From the IMG/VR virus record IMGVR_UViG_3300017766_004283, positions 1-29,254 of that record: 29,254 bases of DNA. The stretch is one strand, 5' to 3'. The notes beneath the pieces were generated by a model. That model was given only the letters and a program-made list of their open reading frames with translations. It ran no database searches and was not told the origin of the DNA. This DNA is from a virus (Duplodnaviria > Caudoviricetes). How positions within the stretch are numbered: position 1 is the stretch's first letter; each line of letters opens with the position of its first letter. Positions 15,701-23,590 of this stretch are shown here, piece by piece. Both the position numbers and the translations under genes were made by a program.

Positions 15701-18204
15701 CACAAGAAAATAGAGACAACCCCATATCAGACCCACAGTCTACAGTATCGTATGCTTTACCAGATCCAATTGGACAGGTTATTATTGATGATCCCCAAAG
15801 TAGCCTAACAAAAGAAACTGTTGACAAATTCCAAAACGATTTTAGATCTAAATTTGGTATTTCAAATATAAGATCTTTAACTGGAACATCACATACAATT
15901 TATACTGACATTGACCATGGACTGAATGGAATTACAAAATTAAGTGTTGTACCTGGAAGTGCTGGATTAGCATATGGTTCAATAGCGGGAGTTTCAGGAG
16001 ATTTATATAATGCTCGTCTAGTTGGATTTGCTGGATCTACTGTTGGTGAAGGAGCAACAGCTGTTATTAGAATTGATGCGAGTGGATCAATTACAAGCGT
16101 AAATGTAATCAATCCAGGTAGCGCATATGGAGTAGGAAATACTTTATCAGTTGTTGGTGTAGCGACTACTGCAGGACATGTAGTTGGTGTTGTTCAGGTA
16201 GATGCGATTAATAATTCTATCAATGACACAATTTACATAGATGAAATTAGAGCTGATGACATTTTAGAGTATAACAACATATACAGAGTTAGTGGAATTA
16301 CAACTAGTAGATCCATAAATGTCATATCTTCGTCTAATATATCTAAGATTGTTACAAATGGAATTTCGACTTTAACCTCTGTTTCAAATGTAACTTCCCA
16401 ATTAGGACCAAAATCTTTATTGGTCTCATCTATATTGCATCCATCAAATTCAACTACTGGTATAGTTACAACTACTACAGCACATGGATTAAAGATAAAT
16501 TCAAAGATTAAGCTATATGATTCTACATCATCAAGATACAATCAAGATTTTATCATCACTAAGATCAATAGTTTGACTTCTTTTGAAGTAAATATTGGCT
16601 TTACTACTACAACAAATACAACTCTTACATCAATATATTCTTATCCTTATTCATATTCTTCTAACTCTGGCTCCATATCATTAGAAAATGAAAAAACTAC
16701 ATCAAGAATAGTACCAATTTATGGTGGAATTACGAACACTCTTTCTGCCAATGTACTTACATCTGATAATACAATTACAATTTCTAATGCAGTCAACTCT
16801 GGATTAAAGATAGGCGATTTTGTATCCATTGATAATGAAATTGTTAAGATTTCTGCTAACATAAATTCAAATATCATTCCTGTTTTTAGAGGTGTACTTG
16901 GTAGCATAATTGAACCACATACATCTGGTTCTGTTGTTAGAAAGATTGCACCAATTCCAACTGAATTTAGAAGACATTCCATCTTAAGAGCATCTGGACA
17001 TACCTTTGAATATGTTGGATTTGGCCCAGGAAATTACTCTACTGCTTTACCTGACTCTCAAGATAGATTAATTACTCCACAAGAAGAGTTGCTTGCGCAA
17101 TCATTTAAATCTGATGGTGGAATTAATGTATTCACTGGAATGAATAATGATGGTGATTTTTATATTGGAAATAAAAAAGTAAGTTCCGCAACTGGTCAGG
17201 AAGAAATATATGATGCTCCAATACCAACTGTTACTGGAGAAGACAAAAATGAAAGAACTGATATAATTAGTACTTCTGAAGTTAATATACTAAAATCAAT
17301 TAAAGTAGAAGGTGGAATCAGTAAAGATGTCATCTCTAAATTTGATGGTCCTGTGGTATTCAATGATAAAATTACTTCAACATCCGATAAAGGAATAGAA
17401 GCTAATTCAGTATTTTTACAAGGATCCGTAAATGTATCTAGAAAAATAAGTGTAGGCATCGCCACGCCAATACTTATTGCAAACTCTGGTGACATTGATT
17501 TTAATGGAAACCCAAATAATGGTGGTTCAGCTGGTTGGATATTTACAGAACAAAATCAATGGAGAGAGTTTGCTCCAGTTAAAGATGGTAATGGTAGATA
17601 TTGTGGAATTTGGAGCGGCACATTCTACGGTGATGGATCCAGTTTATCTGGCTTAGATCCTAGTTGGACCGTTCAACCTTCTGTGGGAATTTACACTGGT
17701 GCAAATGTTGGAATCGGAACTATCGCTACAACAAAAGCAAAATTAAGTGTAAATGGCATCTTAAATGTATCAGAAATAATTGAAAAGGCTACTATTGTTA
17801 CTACTAGTTGGCCAACTCTTCTTCCATCAACCACTCCAGTTGACATATATATTGGTGACAACAATGTATATTATTATACTACTGCGCCTGTAGCAAACTG
17901 GACAATAAACTTTACTGGCGGTCCAGGCGTCAACTTAGGTGATATTTTGGAGGTTGGGCAATCTATTACCGTAGCATTCTTGGCTACAATTGGTACAGCT
18001 CCACTTTACAATAGTAATATAATAATTGATGGAAATACGGTCACACCTTTAACTAATGTTTATTATTATGGTGGAACACAATTTACCACTGGATATCTAA
18101 ATGGAATTGATGTATATACATATGTAATTATTAGAAAATCTGCATCTGGTACTTTGAATGACCAATTTACAATATTAGCATCTCAATCAACTTACGGTAG
18201 ATAA
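12787..18204 (+). CDS. Large virion structural/tail-fibre-like protein (beta-helix core with inserted small beta domains)
   Basis: 1805 aa. IIYVDPN...PFKTLQRAL...GGVIVPRGTSIVGMDLRKTKIRP beta-helix start, repeated 'HGL..G..I.I..YNG.Y.V' modules, ILRASGHTFEYVGFGPGNYS, and fibre motifs FYGDGSSLSGL and NVGIGT. Confidence 0.8.
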   Translation: MGLSRLENFIRSIRGNIIYVDPNALDSTDSIENTGTSLARPFKTLQRALIEASRFSYLPGQDNDKFGNTSILLYPGDHLVDNRPGLIPTGSNFRFRNGSPTSDFTQFSAQSNFDLTTDNNELYKLNSVHGGVIVPRGTSIVGMDLRKTKIRPKYVPDPTDDTVERSAIFKVTGACYLWQFTIFDADPNGQCFYNYNNVKAVPNFSHHKLTAFEYADGVNNVDLNIGSFDRTDLQMYYEKISIAYGDSSGRRIDPTYPNAVDIQPKIDEYRIVGSKGEQIGITSITASGTKITVTLDDDVPYLQVDTPIRIDGVLTTGYNGQFVVNAVVDTNKIQYNVSTAPTITDGGSGGTLSVVVDTVTSASPYIFNISLRSVYGMCGLHADGNKADGFKSIVVAQFTGISLQKDSNAFILYNPTTGLYEDRTTSSTSNLYSNSKSRYKLGYLNYHVKASNDAIIQAVSIFAIGYAEHFVAEAGGDQSITNSNSNFGANSLSSRGFKTSSFTRDDVGYITHIIPPQKIGSQETVISPFIEFNSIDRTKTLAVGSSNRLYLYNQINELSRPQVVVDGYRIGAKPDDTLNVLLSGQEYGAIIVMQGSTQTSYRKSAKVKKKIDGIRNEINSNIITLTEAHDFVNGESIKIVSSDGSLPSGIEPNKIYYVITSSTLPTLTSSQIKLAKTFNDALNGANITSAIDLYSIETGNLKIVSKVSDKVAGDPGHPIQWDSTNNQWYLSVKSSNPIWTALSTYPFEATPRTYIKRTIDTRSLDDKIFKFRYVIPKDSLVKGRPPLDGYIIQESSSNIGSDFELSSQFDFDVNTITRTDNFKNIRVIADAKHSGGVVTITSEVSHNLSIGSKVDIRQISSSDNTTAQYNAGYNGIYTVTDILSSTEFKYSTNKSPGTFLNNTSLRTVNLPYFTRKNYKQTYIVYRSQEVQPYIRDVQDGIYHIITINTSNSPRPAEFSQLKFSQPIQYLYPQENRDNPISDPQSTVSYALPDPIGQVIIDDPQSSLTKETVDKFQNDFRSKFGISNIRSLTGTSHTIYTDIDHGLNGITKLSVVPGSAGLAYGSIAGVSGDLYNARLVGFAGSTVGEGATAVIRIDASGSITSVNVINPGSAYGVGNTLSVVGVATTAGHVVGVVQVDAINNSINDTIYIDEIRADDILEYNNIYRVSGITTSRSINVISSSNISKIVTNGISTLTSVSNVTSQLGPKSLLVSSILHPSNSTTGIVTTTTAHGLKINSKIKLYDSTSSRYNQDFIITKINSLTSFEVNIGFTTTTNTTLTSIYSYPYSYSSNSGSISLENEKTTSRIVPIYGGITNTLSANVLTSDNTITISNAVNSGLKIGDFVSIDNEIVKISANINSNIIPVFRGVLGSIIEPHTSGSVVRKIAPIPTEFRRHSILRASGHTFEYVGFGPGNYSTALPDSQDRLITPQEELLAQSFKSDGGINVFTGMNNDGDFYIGNKKVSSATGQEEIYDAPIPTVTGEDKNERTDIISTSEVNILKSIKVEGGISKDVISKFDGPVVFNDKITSTSDKGIEANSVFLQGSVNVSRKISVGIATPILIANSGDIDFNGNPNNGGSAGWIFTEQNQWREFAPVKDGNGRYCGIWSGTFYGDGSSLSGLDPSWTVQPSVGIYTGANVGIGTIATTKAKLSVNGILNVSEIIEKATIVTTSWPTLLPSTTPVDIYIGDNNVYYYTTAPVANWTINFTGGPGVNLGDILEVGQSITVAFLATIGTAPLYNSNIIIDGNTVTPLTNVYYYGGTQFTTGYLNGIDVYTYVIIRKSASGTLNDQFTILASQSTYGR

Positions 18205-18207
18205 GAT

Positions 18208-20301
18208 ATGCCGATTATAGGAGCCATAGGAAATGCATCTGAATATGCATATCGTTCAAACTTAATATCTTCCCCTGATCCATTTGATTTTACTGATTTA
18301 TTTAATATAGAACCAGGTGCAACCTACTACAGCGATTATGTAAAAATTACTGGAATAAAAAGTCGATTAAGAGTATCAATTAATCCTGGTACACTATATT
18401 CTATTTTTGCAGGTGTTTTTGATAATCAAAATGTAAACTCACTTGCTTTTGATAACCAATTCGCTACTGTAGCTAATTTTTCACAAGATCTTGATATAAA
18501 TCTTAGATACACGAGTGATCCATCATTTATTAAAAATAATCAATCTATAAGATTATCTAGAGTAATAGCAGCTCCAATATTAGATATAGCATCATTTGAT
18601 ACCAGTGCGATTACTTTTGATGCATACAATCCTAGATTGAGTCAATCTTTTTTGCCCATCCCAACTGTCCCAGCAATTTATGGACAAACTTTGACTTCAA
18701 TTGTTTCAATTGGAGCATCAGTCCAAGATTGGATTATAAAAGTAAGAGATGCTGATGTTATTCCCGATTTAATATCTTTTCCTGATGTCGTGAACATAAG
18801 AGCAGGGATAGCAACGACAACTGCATCTTATGTAATAAGTGGTCTTGAGAAAAATGTAATAGTTCCTGCAAATATTACTAGTTCAAATGGTGGTATCATT
18901 GTAGATAATATCAAACCATCAGTATTAACTACTGGAGTCCAAAATGGTACTATTATCAATTTAGATACAATATCACCCACAAACTATGGTGAAACTAAAA
19001 CCATAGACTTTGCTGTAGGTACAGCCACAACAACATGGAAAGTTACAACTGAACCATTAGATCTATCGGCTACCTTTACTTTTTACGAAAGTGCTTCCTT
19101 ACGACTATCTGCAACATCATTTAGACCAATTCCTAGTCCAGCTGAATCTGGGTTCCCATCTATTCCTTTGGCAAATTTATCTACTTTATATAATACAAAT
19201 GTCCCTAGTACTACAGGATATCCACCTGCAAGATTTGAAATTGGTGGATTAAATGTTGGATTAGGAACACCTATAACTTTTACGAATGGTGCTCAATATA
19301 GTATTACTAGAGCTGGAACAACACTAGTTAAAGGATTCACAGATCCAGACCAACCAGTAATAAATGGCGATTCAATTAGAGTCCAATTGTCATCAGCAGC
19401 TACTTACAGTACAACAGTCACCACTACAGCTACAGTTGGAACTACAAGCCGACAAGTTTGGTCAATTACAACTATACCTGATCCTACGCCACCACCACCG
19501 CCACCACCACCAGGTCCGCCACCACCACCGCCACCACCACCAGCTACAAACAGTGTACAAAGATATTGGAATAATATTACAACTAATCACATTTATGGTC
19601 TTGGTGATGTAATATCTGGGAGTGTACAGGTCGATCAGGCATCAGCGGCATCAGCACTTTCTTATAATAGCAATGCTCCCTGTTTTATTGGAGATGAAAA
19701 CAATGGAAATGATGCCCTTGTAAATACTCAAAGTGATGCTGGTGGAATATACTATTTTATAAGGCTAGTAAGAGCATATAATGTCAATTCGACTGGTCTT
19801 GTTCAAACTATTAGCGCAGGAGGAGGAGCAACTGTCACTGATTTGGGTTTTCAAGATATAGGACCTATACAAAGACCAAATGGTTTATTTTACAATAGAT
19901 ACAATCAAAGATTTAGAAATAACAATAATGGACAACCATCATTAGCAAGGTCTTGGCGATTCAATTATAATATTATTGGAGCATTTGAAGGTGGGTTCAA
20001 GTGCTATCAATCAAATCCTGGTGGAGCACAACCATTATATGTATTGTATTCTCATGCAGCAGAAGATCATTTAGTGAGTTTTTCTAGTTCTGAAGGAAGT
20101 CCAGGGTATACTCTACTTCAATCGTTAGGTTGGGCATACCCTGGGTCAATAGCTCAACCAGCTGGAACTCTGCCTTTATATAGACTATACATAGCACCTG
20201 ATAATGATCATTTCTATACAACATCAGACGCTGAAAGAGCACTCACTCTTGCAAGAGCAGGTGTGGCAGATGAGGGTAGAATGGCTTGGGTTCCAGCATA
20301 A
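18208..20301 (+). CDS. Virion accessory/adhesin-like protein with poly-Pro linker and C-terminal DUF5648-like repeats
   Basis: 697 aa. PDPFDFTD-type repeats, P8-G-P9 linker, C-terminal PLYVLY...DHL and PLYRLY...DHFYTT...EG repeats. Confidence 0.65.
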   Translation: MPIIGAIGNASEYAYRSNLISSPDPFDFTDLFNIEPGATYYSDYVKITGIKSRLRVSINPGTLYSIFAGVFDNQNVNSLAFDNQFATVANFSQDLDINLRYTSDPSFIKNNQSIRLSRVIAAPILDIASFDTSAITFDAYNPRLSQSFLPIPTVPAIYGQTLTSIVSIGASVQDWIIKVRDADVIPDLISFPDVVNIRAGIATTTASYVISGLEKNVIVPANITSSNGGIIVDNIKPSVLTTGVQNGTIINLDTISPTNYGETKTIDFAVGTATTTWKVTTEPLDLSATFTFYESASLRLSATSFRPIPSPAESGFPSIPLANLSTLYNTNVPSTTGYPPARFEIGGLNVGLGTPITFTNGAQYSITRAGTTLVKGFTDPDQPVINGDSIRVQLSSAATYSTTVTTTATVGTTSRQVWSITTIPDPTPPPPPPPPGPPPPPPPPPATNSVQRYWNNITTNHIYGLGDVISGSVQVDQASAASALSYNSNAPCFIGDENNGNDALVNTQSDAGGIYYFIRLVRAYNVNSTGLVQTISAGGGATVTDLGFQDIGPIQRPNGLFYNRYNQRFRNNNNGQPSLARSWRFNYNIIGAFEGGFKCYQSNPGGAQPLYVLYSHAAEDHLVSFSSSEGSPGYTLLQSLGWAYPGSIAQPAGTLPLYRLYIAPDNDHFYTTSDAERALTLARAGVADEGRMAWVPA
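19489..19542 (+). repeat. (CCA/CCG)n poly-proline tract P8-G-P9
   Basis: Identical 24-mers at 19489-19512 and 19519-19542. Confidence 0.9.
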
Positions 20302-20334
20302 ATAATAAAAAAGGGGATAGTGAACCTTTAGGAG
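20297..20334 (+). promoter_or_regulatory. Late promoter CATAAATA, leader hairpin AAAGG-GGATAGTGAA-CCTTT and AGGAG RBS
   Basis: Promoter 20297-20304, hairpin 20310-20329, SD 20330-20334, ATG 20339. Confidence 0.55.
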
Positions 20335-20338
20335 AAAA

Positions 20339-21532
20339 ATGGCATTAACCAAGAATTTCGTTGTAAGAAACGGTCTTGAAGTAGCAAATAATTTACTATT
20401 TGCCGATTCTGCTTTAAACACAGTTGGAGTTGGAACTACAGTTCCTCTTTACAATTTAGATGTTTTAGGTGATGTAGCATTAGAAAATCGTTTACTTGTT
20501 GGTGTATCCAGCTCACTTATAAAAGTCACTACAGGAATTGCATCTGCTGCTTCCCCTGGTGTAATTAGTGGAGTTAATACATCATTAATTAGGATCAATG
20601 ATGTATTAACTGAAACAAATAATGCATATTTTAGAACTGACACTAGAGTAGCATCAATAGGTTCATCTATTATAAATTTAAATACCTCACATAAAAATAG
20701 TATTGGCTCAACCACTCTTACGATTTCTTTCAACCGTAGAGTAACTTCTGGAAACCAAGATAATGTTTTAGTTTCAAATGGAGAATATGGCGGCTCAGAA
20801 TGGAAAGAAATCCAAAGTATTATAGCAATAAATGTAGAACAAAATGATGATGATGCAAATTACAATGTAATTTTTGCTGCTGCGGAGCCAGGTGTTGATG
20901 TAGAAAATACTATCAAAGTTGATGCAAATGGATTAGTATATAACCCATTTTCAAATAGACTTGGAATTGGTTGCACACCAACTGTTGAATTAGATGTAGT
21001 TGGAGACATCACTGCAACTGGAACAACAGATACAGATGAACTTAATGTATCGACTCAATCATCACTTGCGTCTGCTGAAGCCACATCTTTAACTGTAACT
21101 CCTGGAGATTCAAATTTAGAAAATGTTTTTGCTTCAGCTATAGAGGCAACTTCTTTTAGAATTGGTGGTCCTCCATCTGTTACTAATTTTCAAATAGAAA
21201 ATTACAATTTTTTCAAACAACAGTCAACATTTTCTGCTACAGTAGGTATTGGAGCAACAATAGATTCATATAATTTATTGACCTCAAACTTTAAAGTAGC
21301 TGAATACACATTTTACATACAGAATGGAGCAAATATACAATCTCAGAAACTCTTATTGATGCAAAATGGAACTACTGCATTTTCAGAAGAATATGCAATC
21401 ATGTACAACCCTAATATTATAGTTTCAATTGGAGCTACAATATCTGGAACTACCTGTAGAGTATTAGCAACTCCTGTAACTGGAACTGTTGGAATAGTAA
21501 CTTATATGTTCACTAGAAGCACCTTAATATAA
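20339..21532 (+). CDS. Tail-fibre-like virion protein
   Basis: KNFVVRNGLEV N-terminus, VGVGTTVP..LDV.GD and LGIGCTP..LDVVGDI fibre repeats, C-terminal AEYTFYIQ...LLLMQNGTTAFSEEYA domain. Confidence 0.7.
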   Translation: MALTKNFVVRNGLEVANNLLFADSALNTVGVGTTVPLYNLDVLGDVALENRLLVGVSSSLIKVTTGIASAASPGVISGVNTSLIRINDVLTETNNAYFRTDTRVASIGSSIINLNTSHKNSIGSTTLTISFNRRVTSGNQDNVLVSNGEYGGSEWKEIQSIIAINVEQNDDDANYNVIFAAAEPGVDVENTIKVDANGLVYNPFSNRLGIGCTPTVELDVVGDITATGTTDTDELNVSTQSSLASAEATSLTVTPGDSNLENVFASAIEATSFRIGGPPSVTNFQIENYNFFKQQSTFSATVGIGATIDSYNLLTSNFKVAEYTFYIQNGANIQSQKLLLMQNGTTAFSEEYAIMYNPNIIVSIGATISGTTCRVLATPVTGTVGIVTYMFTRSTLI

Positions 21533-21533
21533 C

Positions 21534-23573
21534 ATGGAATACAAACACTATACTTTAAGTGTAACTCAACCTGAATATTGGCAAGAGATTCACAGCGAAC
21601 TTTGCCATGAATCAGATTGTGAACATATTCCAAATAGATGTGTGGAATGTTCAGATGAAAAAGAACATAGTCCAACTAGAGGTACATTTTTACTCACAGA
21701 AGAAGAAGCTCAAGAATTAAATAATCACCCCAAAATTAAGTGGATAGAATTATCCACAATTCATTATCCAAAAATATATCCACAACCAGTTCCCACTTTA
21801 CCTAGATGGCCGTCTGATGTAAAAATATACAGAGATCTGGATATCAATGGACCAGTAAGTAAACCAACAGTTCCACCATCACAAGATTTAAATAGAACTA
21901 ATTGGGCAATAAAGAGAACACTATTAACAAAAAATTCGGATTTTTGGAATACCTCTACTGGAGAATTTGTCCCATCAGTTCTTGGTAATGTCAATTATAC
22001 AATTAAAGGAAATAATGTAGATATTGTCATTCATGATTCTGGTATTTTACAGTATCACCCAGAATTTTTAGATTCCACTGGAAAATCTAGAGTTAGAGAT
22101 ATAGTTCTAGATGGACCATATTATATTGATCCAGTTTATTTCAATTCTATTGGAGCTACAATATTAAAACCAGATGGAAGAACAGGAATAACAAGAACAG
22201 CAGCAGTAAATTGGTGGCAAAATGGAGCAAATAGATCTCCTGCTTTTTCTGGTTTAGGGAACTTTCTTATTCCATCTTTATATACAGAAGAAAACACTCT
22301 TGGTGCCACATTAAATGGAACATGTGGAATGACAGATTCTCATGGAACTGCATGTGCATCTCTTTCTGCTGGGAAAAATTTTGGAACTGCATTTGAAGCA
22401 AACATTTGGAATATGTTTGGACCATCTAATAATCCATTATTTAATATGCCGATTGATTTGGCATATGATTTAATTAAAATATTTCATTTATATAAGCCAA
22501 TAAACCCATCAACTGGGGTTAAAAATCCAACTATTGTTAATGGTAGTTATGCATATGTTGGTGGATTTACTGGAGCCGACACAATAAGTTATTCATTCAA
22601 AAATCAAGTAGGGACTTTTACTGGTAATGCTCCTGCGGTTGATCCATCTATGCCAGTATTATATGCAAAAGAATCTTTAACTAATAATATACTATCTAGA
22701 GTTGGCCAATATAGAACTTTTACTACCAGTGCTCCAGCTGATAGTATCGTGATAGCTGGCGAAGAAATGATGAATTCTGGAATTATATTTGTGGCAGCTG
22801 CTGGAAATCAAAACCAAAGAATAGGAATTGGATCAGATGATCCACATAGATTTGATTATTATGAAGATACTTTTTATGGGATATATCGTACTAATCCAGA
22901 ATTTCCGGCAGGATGTGCTCCAAGTGGACATAGAGATTGGATGATACCATCTGGACTTGGATTCGATTCTGTTACAGATTTTCATCCTACTATTAATGTT
23001 GGTGCAATGGATGATTTTATAATTAGTGATTACTCAGAAAGAAAAACATTTTATTCTAGTAATGGACCTGGAATAGATGTTTGGGCACCAGCAGATGAAA
23101 CTCTTGCTGCTGGCATTGCTGCATTAGATCCATTTTCTAGAGTTGACAATTCAATATTTTGCGATCGTTTATTTAATGGTACAAGTGCAGCTGCTCCAGT
23201 TGCGACTGGCGTAATTGCATTACATCTACAATTAAATCCAACTTCTTCATCTAGTCAAGTTAAAAATTGGTTGTTTACATCAGGATCTATAACTTTAACC
23301 AGTGAATACCTCGACCAATATCCAGATCCAGCAAGCCTAACTTATTGGTCTGGTCAATATAACATGAGAGGTGCTGCAAAAAGAGTGATATATAATCCAT
23401 ATGAAAATACTTTTGTTCCACCACCTCCTCCTCCGCCACCGCCACCACCTCCAGGACCACCACCACCTCCTCCACCACCTCCAGGTCCTCCATCTCCAGG
23501 TGTAGATGACATTTTCACTAAGCTTAGTATGTCAGGTGACGGCTTAAGTTTAGAAGGAATTTCAATACAATAA
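21534..23573 (+). CDS. Subtilisin-like serine protease (peptidase S8) with prodomain-like N-terminus and poly-Pro C-terminal tail
   Basis: Catalytic motifs in order: DIVIHDSGI (Asp), HGTACAS (His), FVAAAGN (oxyanion Asn), FNGTSAAAP (Ser). Confidence 0.9.
   Translation: MEYKHYTLSVTQPEYWQEIHSELCHESDCEHIPNRCVECSDEKEHSPTRGTFLLTEEEAQELNNHPKIKWIELSTIHYPKIYPQPVPTLPRWPSDVKIYRDLDINGPVSKPTVPPSQDLNRTNWAIKRTLLTKNSDFWNTSTGEFVPSVLGNVNYTIKGNNVDIVIHDSGILQYHPEFLDSTGKSRVRDIVLDGPYYIDPVYFNSIGATILKPDGRTGITRTAAVNWWQNGANRSPAFSGLGNFLIPSLYTEENTLGATLNGTCGMTDSHGTACASLSAGKNFGTAFEANIWNMFGPSNNPLFNMPIDLAYDLIKIFHLYKPINPSTGVKNPTIVNGSYAYVGGFTGADTISYSFKNQVGTFTGNAPAVDPSMPVLYAKESLTNNILSRVGQYRTFTTSAPADSIVIAGEEMMNSGIIFVAAAGNQNQRIGIGSDDPHRFDYYEDTFYGIYRTNPEFPAGCAPSGHRDWMIPSGLGFDSVTDFHPTINVGAMDDFIISDYSERKTFYSSNGPGIDVWAPADETLAAGIAALDPFSRVDNSIFCDRLFNGTSAAAPVATGVIALHLQLNPTSSSSQVKNWLFTSGSITLTSEYLDQYPDPASLTYWSGQYNMRGAAKRVIYNPYENTFVPPPPPPPPPPPPGPPPPPPPPPGPPSPGVDDIFTKLSMSGDGLSLEGISIQ
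23418..23498 (+). repeat. Poly-proline tract P12-G-P9-G-PPSP
   Basis: Mixed CCA/CCT/CCG codons near the protease C-terminus. Confidence 0.9.
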
Positions 23574-23576
23574 ATA
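23569..23576 (+). promoter_or_regulatory. Late promoter variant (AATAAATA)
   Basis: Overlaps the protease stop, 14 nt before ATG 23591. Confidence 0.45.
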
Positions 23577-23590
23577 TTTAAAAAAAAGAA

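Noticed and set aside
2547-17495. Other short minus-strand or nested ORFs in the track
   Set aside because: They overlap well-supported plus-strand genes and have no recognisable motifs.
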